Below are positions 10,750 through 20,095 of a stretch of DNA of 64,000 bases, piece by piece (the stretch's first letter is position 1; each line of letters begins with the position of its first letter). Source of the DNA: Candidatus Sericytochromatia bacterium (lineage in GTDB: Bacteria; Cyanobacteriota; Sericytochromatia; S15B-MN24; JAQBPE01); assembly GCA_040400605.1 (NCBI GenBank), contig JBBAPZ010000015.1, positions 29,760 to 93,759 on the forward strand, read 5' to 3'. The notes below the pieces were generated by a model that was not told the origin of the DNA, did not search any database, and saw only the letters and a program-made list of their open reading frames with translations. Both the position numbers and the translations under genes were made by a program.

Positions 10750-11049
10750 CTATCCCTTCGCTCGGTTTCTGTTTTGTTCGTTCGACCGATCCAAACGATT
10801 CAAAAATACCAAAATTTCAGCCACAACGGGATACAATTCCTCAGGAATCGTCATCCCGATATCAACCCTTGACAACGCCTCCGCCAAAGACGCGTCCTCA
10901 CGCACCTCAACCCCACTCGCCTTGGCCAATTCAATCATCCGTTCGGCGATCAAACCCTGCCCCTGCGCAACCACCACCGGCGCCTCATCCCGCGCCTGAT
11001 CATAGCGCAACGCCACCGCTCGCCGCGACTTTCGATTCTCGCGTGTCAT
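10750..11049 (-). CDS. Stand-alone FlhB C-terminal-like protein (YlqH/FlhX, EscU/YscU family)
   Basis: AVALRYD..APVVVAQGQG..AERMI..IPEELYPVVAEIL mirrors the FlhB cytoplasmic tail; start ATG 11049. Confidence 0.92.
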   Translation of the reverse strand: MTRENRKSRRAVALRYDQARDEAPVVVAQGQGLIAERMIELAKASGVEVREDASLAEALSRVDIGMTIPEELYPVVAEILVFLNRLDRSNEQNRNRAKG

Positions 11050-11050
11050 C

Positions 11051-12469
11051 TCAAACCCGCCGGTCAAAATGGACCAATTCCTGCAAGCCCATGGTCTCAA
11101 ACGGATCCGACACCAGGCGCGTCACCTTTACCGCATCACAAGCCTGCAAACGAAACGGCAGCATACCCAAACGCCCCCGCAACTCATCCACGTGCCTGGC
11201 CAGCAATTCAACAACCTCCTCATCCTGGGCAGTCAACGTCACACTCAAGTCATCACCACTCACACGCAACGCCACCTGCACAAGCCCCATCGTCTGAGTC
11301 GGCAGGTTCAGCAAAAACCGCCCACCACCTTTCGGCATCTCCGACTCGCCCTCAGCCTCTTCCTCCTCCGCACGCACCACCAAACTGCCCTCACCAGTCT
11401 GACCCGCGCCCAAACCAAACAACAAGGGTATCACCGCCGCACCCGTGCCGTCAGCATGGCTCGCCGCCTCCTGCAAGCCGCCATTAGCCAGTTGCGCAAA
11501 CAGCAACTCAGCCACCGTTTCACCAATCTTGGCACGCACCTCCGGATAACGCTCACCCAAAGCCCGCGACAACTGCTCCAAGGCCTCAAGCAAGCTTCGG
11601 TTCGCAGACTCCTCGCGCCAGTCCCGCCTTGACCCCGGTTGCCGAGACGCATCGTACAACACAAGCGCCTTGGACTTCGCCCCCTCTTCCTCCTCATCAA
11701 CCGGGCCTGGCCAGAGTTTGCGCACCCACCGCGCAAGCGCTGACCCCACTGCCACAGGCTTGGCCCCCGCCTCAAGCGGGATGCCTCCCAATATCGACAA
11801 CACCTCATCCAACAAACTCAGTTGCGCACCGCGTAACGACTCGCCACGCCGCAAACCTTCAAGCGTTTTGGCCAGTGAACGAAACTGCCCCAGCAACTGC
11901 ACGCCCGCTTCCGGTTGTGCGCGACTCTCCATCAGCGCCAACGAGGACGCACTCAAAGGTACCCCTAATTTATGCAACAAAGCCGCCTGACCATACGCGC
12001 GCGCACCAAGCCGCGGAAAACTCTGGAGCGCATCAAAAAACGCCTGCAAAGACGCACGCGTGAGCGCCCCATCCCGTGCGGCGAGCGCCCGCGCCGCTGC
12101 GCGCGTGCGCTCGCTCACCGGCACCCCCAACGCCATCAACAAATCATCAACGGCCGCATCCGCCAGCTCAGGCGATCGCCCATCCGCCGGCTCATTCGCC
12201 AGCAAACTGAGCTTCAACCCCCGCCCCGGCGCCTCTTGCACCCGCACATACAATTTGTCGCCCGCAGTCAAAGTCACATGGCTCTCCACCACGAGCCGGC
12301 GCCCCTCAACATCCAGCGTCGCTTCAGACCCCACCACCGACAACACGCGCGCAACCAACATGTCCCGACGCTGCAATTCCTGCAACGCACCGAGGGGAGA
12401 GGCGCCTTCTGCACCTCCCCCTCCGACGATCACATTGCGGCGCGATGGATCGATTCCACGAATGAACAT
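11051..12469 (-). CDS. Second FliK-like protein with a C-terminal hook-length-control-type domain
   Basis: C-terminal LNLPTQTMGLVQVALRVSGDDLSVTLTA...FDRRV; adjacent to the FlhB-like gene, as in the ylqG-ylqH arrangement. Confidence 0.7.
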   Translation of the reverse strand: MFIRGIDPSRRNVIVGGGGAEGASPLGALQELQRRDMLVARVLSVVGSEATLDVEGRRLVVESHVTLTAGDKLYVRVQEAPGRGLKLSLLANEPADGRSPELADAAVDDLLMALGVPVSERTRAAARALAARDGALTRASLQAFFDALQSFPRLGARAYGQAALLHKLGVPLSASSLALMESRAQPEAGVQLLGQFRSLAKTLEGLRRGESLRGAQLSLLDEVLSILGGIPLEAGAKPVAVGSALARWVRKLWPGPVDEEEEGAKSKALVLYDASRQPGSRRDWREESANRSLLEALEQLSRALGERYPEVRAKIGETVAELLFAQLANGGLQEAASHADGTGAAVIPLLFGLGAGQTGEGSLVVRAEEEEAEGESEMPKGGGRFLLNLPTQTMGLVQVALRVSGDDLSVTLTAQDEEVVELLARHVDELRGRLGMLPFRLQACDAVKVTRLVSDPFETMGLQELVHFDRRV

Positions 12470-12518
12470 CGAAGAATTCCCCTCACAACGCCATCAACAC
12501 GACGATAAATGGCCACAC

Positions 12519-14042
12519 CTAACGCTTCAGAGCGATCAATTCCTGCAGGATCTCGTCACTCGTCGTAATAACGCGTGAGTTAGCCTGGAAACCACGCTGG
12601 GTGGTGATCATATCCGAAAACTGGTCCGTCAAGTCCACGTTGGACTGCTCCAGGTTGCCCGAACGGATCAAACCCGAGTCACCCAACCCCGGCGGCCGCA
12701 CCACCGCGTCACCCGAGTTGCGGGTCGTGATGTACGCGGTTTCACCAGCTTTTTGCAAACCGGCGGCGTTGGGGAATGTCGCAATCGCAACCTGTCCCAA
12801 CGGCATCCGGAAACCATTCGAGAAGCTGCCGATCGCAACACCTTCACGGTTAATGCCCAAGTCAACCAACGACCCCTGCTGATACCCATTCTGTCCCGTC
12901 GCAACAGCCGTCGACTCACTCGCAAACTGCGTCAAGCCAATCGCTTCACCCGGCTTGCCGAAGTTCGGCGTGATTGCCGTATCAACAATCTGGCCAGAGG
13001 GCAACTGCCAATACAATTTAACCGTGCCTGTCGGAATTTCCTTATTGTTGGCGTCGTAACGCTTGGCCATGACGCCTCGCTCATCAAAACGGATGGTGTT
13101 GTTCTTCTTGCCAGTAGCTATATCCGTAGTCGGATCAATGACGCCGTTTCCGTTAACATCTTTAATGAATTTGAAGTTTTCATTCCAATCTTGAATCTCC
13201 GGCTGCTCACCAGCATTCAGCTGCGAGCCGTCAGCCTTGCGGAGTGTCGTATCGTTGTTCAAAACCTCCCACGTCCATTCCTTTTGCCACTCCAGCACCT
13301 CCGGCACAAGCGGCACATTATCGGGACCTCGCTTCGGAGCCTGTACCGCACCTTTGTGCGTAAAGCGCAAAGTAACGAAATGCTTGTTACCAACGGAGTC
13401 AATTACATCCACACTGGATTCCACGTAGTTGCGAGGCGCCGACGGATCATTCGCCGACGGCGCAACGTTTGTTGTCCGTTCGTCCAAATTGCCGTTAAAC
13501 GTCACCTCAGTCGTACGCCGTGGCGGGAAAAGTCGATCCACCGGCACCTTCATATCTTGCAAGGGCGCGGCACGATCAATTTCATAATAAGGCTCACCAG
13601 CCGAATCAACCTTCTGAACGGCTTGATAACCCACCAGATGCATTCCGTTGTCCGGGTTGACAATAAAACCACTCGCATCCAAATCAAAGTTACCGGCACG
13701 CGTATAGGTGTTGTTCACACCATCGGACATGACAAAGAAACCGTCGCCCTCAATCGCCATGTCGGTCACCTTGCCGGTCGACTCCAGGTTACCCTGCCGG
13801 TGAATGACGTCGATCGTCGCCACAAGCGCACCCTGACCAATCTGCTTCGGGTTACTACCGCCTCGACCACCTGCCTCACTGGTATCCGCGACCCTCAGCA
13901 ACTGCGAGAACTGGTCACGAAAGGTCACCCGGCTGCGCTTGAAACCAATGGTATTAACGTTCGCAATGTTGTCACTGATTACGTCAATACGCGTTTGGTG
14001 CGCTTTCATGCCGCTCACGCCGGCAAATACTGACTTTAGCAC
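12519..14042 (-). CDS. flgE: Flagellar hook protein FlgE
   Basis: GVSGMKAHQTRIDVISDNIANVNTIGFK, YTRAGNF and LEQSNVDL..MITTQRGFQAN; 507 aa. Confidence 0.97.
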   Translation of the reverse strand: MLKSVFAGVSGMKAHQTRIDVISDNIANVNTIGFKRSRVTFRDQFSQLLRVADTSEAGGRGGSNPKQIGQGALVATIDVIHRQGNLESTGKVTDMAIEGDGFFVMSDGVNNTYTRAGNFDLDASGFIVNPDNGMHLVGYQAVQKVDSAGEPYYEIDRAAPLQDMKVPVDRLFPPRRTTEVTFNGNLDERTTNVAPSANDPSAPRNYVESSVDVIDSVGNKHFVTLRFTHKGAVQAPKRGPDNVPLVPEVLEWQKEWTWEVLNNDTTLRKADGSQLNAGEQPEIQDWNENFKFIKDVNGNGVIDPTTDIATGKKNNTIRFDERGVMAKRYDANNKEIPTGTVKLYWQLPSGQIVDTAITPNFGKPGEAIGLTQFASESTAVATGQNGYQQGSLVDLGINREGVAIGSFSNGFRMPLGQVAIATFPNAAGLQKAGETAYITTRNSGDAVVRPPGLGDSGLIRSGNLEQSNVDLTDQFSDMITTQRGFQANSRVITTSDEILQELIALKR

Positions 14043-14181
14043 AATGGCCTCCTTACTGACTCTCCACGCTCAAAACCACTTTGAAAAACCCTGGAACGCG
14101 GGGCAGCCTGAAGTCCGCAATCAGCGTCCATCAATGACCTCCAGATATTCGGTCCAGCCTTTGAACCGCCCCGTCTCACCT

Positions 14182-14562
14182 TCAAACCAAAACTGCACTA
14201 TCGATGTTGGTAAACACGTTTTCTTTCAACTGCGCCGGATCCACCACCGTGATGACCGTTCGATTCTTCACACTAACCACCAACGCCGCTTTGTCACTCA
14301 CCAACAACGCTTCCCGACCACCCTTTGCCGCCACCTTGTCAACACCTGCCTCCAACTTGGCCCAGTCTTCGGCTTCTAACCGTATTTGTCTGCTTGACAG
14401 CCGCTGACTGGCGTGGGCGCTCAGTTTTAACCGTGTCGCCGGCGTTCGCGCCAACACCTCGGCAAAGCTTGCTCCACCCTTGACCCCTGTCTCACGCTCG
14501 CGCGGCGCAGGCGCAACATTCGGCCCGAGTGGTTGTGCCAAAAACCTCAACTCATCCATCAA
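14182..14562 (-). CDS. Flagellar operon protein (TIGR02530-like)
   Basis: LKLSAHASQRL..R.I, KGGREALL and VVSVKNRTVITVVD..KENVFTNIDSAV; between flgD and flgE. Confidence 0.92.
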   Translation of the reverse strand: MMDELRFLAQPLGPNVAPAPRERETGVKGGASFAEVLARTPATRLKLSAHASQRLSSRQIRLEAEDWAKLEAGVDKVAAKGGREALLVSDKAALVVSVKNRTVITVVDPAQLKENVFTNIDSAVLV

Positions 14563-15047
14563 CCCTCCTTCTTTGTTTCAGCAGACTTACTCGCCGTAGC
14601 AGGCGCCTCCGCCTTGGCTTCGGATACATCCGTCACCAACGCCGAATCGTAAGCCTTGCCACCCACCACCACCGTCACCTTTCCATCAATGGAACGCACT
14701 TCGTCCACGATTCCTTTGACCGTCTCAGCCTTTTCGCCAGGCACCGTCACACTCACCTGCTTGCCAATCAACGAACTCGCTGACGTCAAGGCCGAAAACT
14801 GCTGCTGTGACTCCAAGGTCTTGTTAATGTTCTGCATTTGCTCAAGCGAGCTGAACTGCGCCATCTGCGCGATAAAATTGGTGTCATCCATGGGCTTCAT
14901 CGGGTCTTGATGCTTCAGCTGCGTCACCAACAGCTGCAAGAAAGCATCCTTGTCCAGCTCACGCTTGATGTTGCGATCGCCTGGCTTCGTGGCAGCCGAT
15001 CGCATCAGGTCCTTCACATTGCCAGTTACGGATGTCGGATCAGCCAT
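14559..15047 (-). CDS. flgD: Flagellar hook capping protein FlgD
   Basis: LDKDAFLQLLVTQLKHQDPMKPMDDTNFIAQMAQFSSLEQ. Confidence 0.98.
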   Translation of the reverse strand: MADPTSVTGNVKDLMRSAATKPGDRNIKRELDKDAFLQLLVTQLKHQDPMKPMDDTNFIAQMAQFSSLEQMQNINKTLESQQQFSALTSASSLIGKQVSVTVPGEKAETVKGIVDEVRSIDGKVTVVVGGKAYDSALVTDVSEAKAEAPATASKSAETKKEG

Positions 15048-15077
15048 ATCGCCCCCTCTAACGCCTGCCTCTTTTCA

Positions 15078-15104
15078 GTATCGGATCACGCAAGCGCGAA
15101 CTTA
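15078..15104 (-). promoter_or_regulatory. Sigma28 (FliA/SigD)-type promoter for flgD
   Basis: Minus strand TAAG-N15-TCCGATAC (consensus TAAA-N15-GCCGATAA). Confidence 0.65.
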
Positions 15105-15126
15105 AATGTGATTCGCAACAAATCAC

Positions 15127-17772
15127 TCACGCCCGATAATCAACTGCGCCACCGGTGCCCTCATCCGCCAACCGAAGCACTTCCGATACAGGCTCCGCAA
15201 GCGTTACAGCACCCGCCCCACGCCCATTGCGCCGCGCTTGACCACCCTCAAACTGCCCCTGACCGAACTGCCCCTGCGCAGACGCCTCACCCGCACCCTG
15301 ACGCAACGACTCCGACCCCTGCCAAACAACATCCACACGCTCAACCTTAAGCCCCAACTCCTGCAAATGACGCTGCAACGACGCCACCTGCGTATCCAAA
15401 ACAGACTTCACCTCCTGCGATTCAGCCGACAACCGCGCATGCAAAACCCCGCCGCGCGACACGACCTGAATTTCCAACGGCCCCAACTCCTCAGGATTCA
15501 ACGCCACCCGCAGTGAGCGCACCATCCCCCCGCGCAACTGCGTCAACGCCTCAAAAACCTGCGGCATCACCCGCTGCGCCGGTGTCGGCTCACCTGCCTC
15601 GCGCACCGAGGGCAACACCCGCTCAGACGCACCCAACCCTGCCAAGGCACCTGCCACCCTATCGGACACCGGCTCTGACGGCTGAACCACCTCAGCGACA
15701 ACCGCCTCATCCTCGGCGGCAACCGCCAAGCCAGCCTCAGCAGGCACCTGAGTTCCCGCCCCGACAGCCATCTCACCGACCGCCGGCCCTAAACGCTCCG
15801 CACCAGCGCCCAACAATTGGGTTGAATCAAACCCACGGCCCCCTTGGCCAGCAGTACCCGCATCACCACCGCCAGCGTCGCCTCCGGTGGGTCCGCCCGA
15901 TCCCGTAAAACGCCCATCGCCAGCCGGCGCAACCGCCTCCCCATTCAATACCGATTCACCCGCCGCGCGACCCGGCCCATTTTCCACCGGCGCCACGGGC
16001 CGCAACCCGACACCGCGATCCGCAACGCCATTGTTAACGAGTGTCGCGGCCACAAACCCGGAAGGTAGGACACCTTGAGCGGCTTCAGCCCGCTGCGCAA
16101 CAGGCACCCGCTCCGTAGCAGCACTGATGGCAGACTCTTCTGGCTGGACCTGATTCAACGCAAGCCCTGCGTCAAGCACTTCCATGCGATCGCCTGCCCC
16201 CACAACAACCTGATTCAACGCCGACGGGCGCGGAGCCACCCCGTCAACCACCGGCCCCCCAAGCCCGTCACTCACCCCAGCCTCAACCCCGGTCTCTGGT
16301 GACACCAGCCCCAAGTCCGAATCAAACCCCTGCGCCCCACGTGAAACAACACCGTCAGGCCGTGCGATCGCCTCCCCAAACCCCGCGCCCAACAAGCCCA
16401 GATCAGCCATCATCCAGGACGCTGACGGCGCAACCAACGCATTGGCACCAGCACCCGGCAACGCCTTTGGCGCACCCACCACGCGCGCATCCGCCATCAC
16501 AGCACGGGCATCAAACGCCAAGCGGGGATCACCCACACCATCCAGTTTCGTCAAATCTGTTTCAAACACGCCCTGAGCACTGCCCGAAACCGCAGCACCA
16601 CCTTCAATCACCCGTGACACCCCAACCGCATCACGACCCGTTGAGGACCCTTGCGCCCCATCTTCCCGCACACCAAGACCACCTTGTCCCAACGTGGCCC
16701 CCAAACCACGACCAGACGCATCACCGCCCAAAGCCGGCGTGACACCCGCGATCGGCTCAAACGCAGCCGATACCACCTGCCCGTTACCCATTGCAGAATC
16801 CGCTACCCCCCCCACTGGCGCTGCCGGCGTTTGCACGCTTACCCCACCAGACGGCGCACCCAAGCCCAGAGCAGACACATCATCCGCACCACGAGCCGGC
16901 ACAGACTCACCCACGTTTGCCCCCCGTAACGACGCCAAGGACATTGCACGCCCATTGTTTGTGATCTTCACCGGCGTCTCGGCCGACGACGCCGAACGCA
17001 ACGGCAAACCCGTCACCTCGACACCAAGCACCCCTGACGCTGCTGCTGACATCGGGCTCGGTACATTCGCCGCTTGACCCGGCGCAGACACACCCGCGAT
17101 TGCCCCTTGTGGCACACCCAACGCCACCTCGCGCCCATTTGGCGCTGAGCGCGGCTGCCCGGGCATCATGACAGCGGGAGCCTGGTTCGGCAGCGCTGCA
17201 GCGTCAGACGTTGACGCGCTCCGTGGCGCATCGAACGAAAGCGCCGCCACCTGGCCGCTTTGCGACCCCAGCGACGATTCGGCCTGTACAGGCATCGACG
17301 CAACACTTGCAACCACCCCAGACACGGAGGTACCCGCCACACCTGTCGGATCATCGGCCACACCAGGCGACGCAGGCAGAGCCAACCCCGCCAGTTGCCA
17401 AGGCAACACCGCAAAATTGCTCGCCACCACCATGCCAAGCACCGCTTCTTGCGCTGCAAGCGTTGAATCCGTGGTGGCCAAACCCGCCTCTGCGCCGGCA
17501 TTCGCCGTCCCCTCGTCGCCGGTTGCGCTTTGTCCGCTGGAAGCGTCCACATCCGACACCACCTCGTTGGCATCCGAACGGCTCGCACCCGGCCCCAGCG
17601 CGCACGCGGTTTTGACAGGCGTCATCGGCTTGACGGGCGATGTACCGGGCTTGGTGGCCTGTTGCGCTTCGCGCGCAAGGCACCGGGCGAAGGCATCGCC
17701 CACGCCTGCTGCAGGCGTGGCTGCATCCGGTGCGGTTTGGGTTGTCGAAAGCGCGATCGCCAACATATCCAT
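15127..17772 (-). CDS. fliK: Flagellar hook-length control protein FliK
   Basis: Long Ala/Gly/Pro/Val low-complexity body; C-terminal LRVALNPEELGPLEIQV...LQELGLKVERVDV...VDYRA; upstream of flgD. Start set to ATG 17772. Confidence 0.92.
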   Translation of the reverse strand: MDMLAIALSTTQTAPDAATPAAGVGDAFARCLAREAQQATKPGTSPVKPMTPVKTACALGPGASRSDANEVVSDVDASSGQSATGDEGTANAGAEAGLATTDSTLAAQEAVLGMVVASNFAVLPWQLAGLALPASPGVADDPTGVAGTSVSGVVASVASMPVQAESSLGSQSGQVAALSFDAPRSASTSDAAALPNQAPAVMMPGQPRSAPNGREVALGVPQGAIAGVSAPGQAANVPSPMSAAASGVLGVEVTGLPLRSASSAETPVKITNNGRAMSLASLRGANVGESVPARGADDVSALGLGAPSGGVSVQTPAAPVGGVADSAMGNGQVVSAAFEPIAGVTPALGGDASGRGLGATLGQGGLGVREDGAQGSSTGRDAVGVSRVIEGGAAVSGSAQGVFETDLTKLDGVGDPRLAFDARAVMADARVVGAPKALPGAGANALVAPSASWMMADLGLLGAGFGEAIARPDGVVSRGAQGFDSDLGLVSPETGVEAGVSDGLGGPVVDGVAPRPSALNQVVVGAGDRMEVLDAGLALNQVQPEESAISAATERVPVAQRAEAAQGVLPSGFVAATLVNNGVADRGVGLRPVAPVENGPGRAAGESVLNGEAVAPAGDGRFTGSGGPTGGDAGGGDAGTAGQGGRGFDSTQLLGAGAERLGPAVGEMAVGAGTQVPAEAGLAVAAEDEAVVAEVVQPSEPVSDRVAGALAGLGASERVLPSVREAGEPTPAQRVMPQVFEALTQLRGGMVRSLRVALNPEELGPLEIQVVSRGGVLHARLSAESQEVKSVLDTQVASLQRHLQELGLKVERVDVVWQGSESLRQGAGEASAQGQFGQGQFEGGQARRNGRGAGAVTLAEPVSEVLRLADEGTGGAVDYRA

Positions 17773-17866
17773 GGTAACCAGACCCTCTTTCAACCCACGC
17801 CATCCGCAACCGTGGTCGGACTCCAGCCAGGACACCGCTCACCAAACAGCAAGGGCCCCTTTATTG

Positions 17867-17893
17867 TTATCGGCAAGCATTCAGCAAACCTTA
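17867..17893 (-). promoter_or_regulatory. Sigma28 (FliA/SigD)-type promoter for fliK
   Basis: Minus strand TAAG-N15-GCCGATAA, with a perfect -10 element and exact spacing. Confidence 0.8.
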
Positions 17894-18060
17894 AGCTGGC
17901 ATGCAATTGTCTATCCAGTGATGCATAAGTTTTTGCTCAAAACTTGCGCAGCAAGATTAAAACGTGAGGCAATGGCTCGTTGTGATTGAATCACAGCCAA
18001 AACGTGATCAAAAATCAACGCGTTTCTGCATCGCGTGCAGACTAGGGAGAATGGGGCGCT

Positions 18061-18507
18061 CTAATCACGCCTGGTGTAACGCATCGTGCCCAACTCATCC
18101 AGCAAGGCGTTTTCGGCGTGCGCCAGCGCAGCCACCCACTGCGCGCGATCCCGCTCTTCAAGCCGGGTCATGATTTCGCGCTCACGCCGCGCGGCAAGCA
18201 ACACATCCCGCTGTTTTTCGACCCGCTTCTGCGCGGCTACCCGCGACTGTTGCTGCGTCTCAACCCGGCGGGCCAACCCCACAAGATAAGCTTCAGTAGT
18301 CATCAACTGCTCGATGTCCAACCGTTCAGAAGCCTGCGTCGCGTGCCAACCCTCCCGATGGGCGTTCGCCTCTGCCTGTAAACGTTCAATCTCCGCATCG
18401 ATATGCTGCACGGCAACCATAAGTTCGGACAGTTTCTGCTGTTCCTGACTCTCCCGTTGCGCGCGCATGTTCAACAAGGCCTGGTAGCGAAACTTGAATT
18501 TTTTCAC
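18061..18507 (-). CDS. fliJ: Flagellar export chaperone FliJ
   Basis: MKKFKFRYQALL..R...E, coiled coil, EREIMTRLEE...E..LLDE; start GTG 18507. Confidence 0.9.
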   Translation of the reverse strand: MKKFKFRYQALLNMRAQRESQEQQKLSELMVAVQHIDAEIERLQAEANAHREGWHATQASERLDIEQLMTTEAYLVGLARRVETQQQSRVAAQKRVEKQRDVLLAARREREIMTRLEERDRAQWVAALAHAENALLDELGTMRYTRRD

Positions 18508-18534
18508 GCAGCCCCACCCAACCCGGCGCAACCA

Positions 18535-19296
18535 TCACTGACTGAAACGCCACCCATCCGACGCACGCATCTCAACCGCTGTCACCGCGTTGAGGTCCTC
18601 GCTACCCACCGGCCGTACCGCCGTCACGCGCCACTCATGCAACACCCCACGCCCCAACGAACTGCCGGTTTCGCTGGGAAACAGGTCATAAAAGCGCTCC
18701 ATCTTCAAATTCGTGCCCTCGCCGTACTTGACGGCCGTTTTTGTGGTCCACGCCGCATACACGGTCGCCGCGTTGTCGGCCCGCGTCACGCGCACGTAGT
18801 ACCAAAGCGCCTTGGGCTGGGCTTCCCAGCTCAAAACGGGCGCTTCACCACCGACACCTAAAATGGCGTTTTGGGCCGGTGAAATGAGTTTGGGTTTGTC
18901 AAGTTCGCGCTTGGGCAAGGTGAGCTGCTTAAGGTCGGAATTCCCGAGCGATCGCCCCTCACCACCGATGACATGCACCGTGTACGAAAAAGTTTGCCCC
19001 TCCGCCACCGTGTAATCATCAAACGCGCCGCCAGTAACCGTCGCCCGGATGTTGGCTGGATTGTCGCCAAACTTGCGCAATACCTCAAATTGCCGCGCAC
19101 CGGGCAACGACGGCCAGCGCAACACCGTCTGGTAAACCGCATTGCCCGTCTCAGGGTCCGTCGCGCTGACCGCCAACGCATGTAATGGCAAAGGCCCCGT
19201 TCCCAAATACCCAACCCCAGGCACCGTGCACGCAGTCAAAGCCAATGCCCACAACCCCAAACCCCAACCACGCGTCACGACATATCCCCCCGCCAC
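18535..19296 (-). CDS. Lipoprotein with two fibronectin-III-like beta-sandwich domains
   Basis: Lipobox LTAC; FN3-like patterns LRWP..FEVLR..FDD..GQTFSYTV and PVLSWE..YYVRV..EWRVTAV. Confidence 0.7.
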   Translation of the reverse strand: MAGGYVVTRGWGLGLWALALTACTVPGVGYLGTGPLPLHALAVSATDPETGNAVYQTVLRWPSLPGARQFEVLRKFGDNPANIRATVTGGAFDDYTVAEGQTFSYTVHVIGGEGRSLGNSDLKQLTLPKRELDKPKLISPAQNAILGVGGEAPVLSWEAQPKALWYYVRVTRADNAATVYAAWTTKTAVKYGEGTNLKMERFYDLFPSETGSSLGRGVLHEWRVTAVRPVGSEDLNAVTAVEMRASDGWRFSQ

Positions 19297-19323
19297 TCAG
19301 GTGTAACCCGGGCGCTCCATCGC

Positions 19324-20037
19324 CTAGACCATCATCTCCCGCAACTTTCGCTCATCCCGCAAAGTCAAGCGATTCTTGTCCAGATGAATAATTCCGCGGT
19401 CGTGGTAATCCATCAACACCCGCGTCAAGGTCTCGCGACTGGTACCTGCCAAACTCGCAAGCTCCTGGCGTGTCATCGGGGATGTAAACACCACGCCCTC
19501 CGCGCCCGGAACACCGTGTTCCTTGCCAAGCTGCAGCAACAAGCGGGCAACACGGCCGGGTGCGCTCAAGAAGGCGAGGCTTTCCATGTTGCGATCCGCC
19601 GCACGCAAGCGCTGCGACAAGGTCACCAACAACTTCAGCGAAATATCGGGATTCGAACGCAACAAACTCAAAAAATCGTCCCGCTGGATCGTCACCATCT
19701 GCACATCATCCGCACAAATCGCCGACGCGGACCGAGGCTGCCCATCAATCAGCGACATCTCGCCAAACACATCCCCCTCATACAACACACCCAGAATGTG
19801 CTCCCGCCCATCATCGGCATTCACCACGATCTTCACTTTACCGGACATGATCACGTAACAACTGACGCCAGGGTCATCCTCATAAAAAATGACATTCCCC
19901 TTTGGCATCGAGCGGGTGCGCGACAGCGCTGCAAGCTGCTCCAGCTCAGCAGGTTCAAAATCCGCAAATAGAGGCACGCTACGTAAAGCGACACCAAGAT
20001 CCCGCGTCTGCAAGCCCCAGCCCCCCTCAGACCACAC
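19324..20037 (-). CDS. Crp/Fnr-family transcriptional regulator
   Basis: cNMP-binding FGEMSLIDGQPRSASA and HTH TRQELASLAGTSRETLTR. Confidence 0.95.
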   Translation of the reverse strand: MWSEGGWGLQTRDLGVALRSVPLFADFEPAELEQLAALSRTRSMPKGNVIFYEDDPGVSCYVIMSGKVKIVVNADDGREHILGVLYEGDVFGEMSLIDGQPRSASAICADDVQMVTIQRDDFLSLLRSNPDISLKLLVTLSQRLRAADRNMESLAFLSAPGRVARLLLQLGKEHGVPGAEGVVFTSPMTRQELASLAGTSRETLTRVLMDYHDRGIIHLDKNRLTLRDERKLREMMV

Positions 20038-20095
20038 GGACGATCAAAACGCGCTCATTGTAACACAATTGCCCAACCCGCCACGTGGATCCCCA

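Noticed and set aside
15127..17772. C/A-rich repetitive-looking DNA as a possible repeat array
   Set aside because: It is the low-complexity FliK coding region; no fixed-length repeats or spacers.
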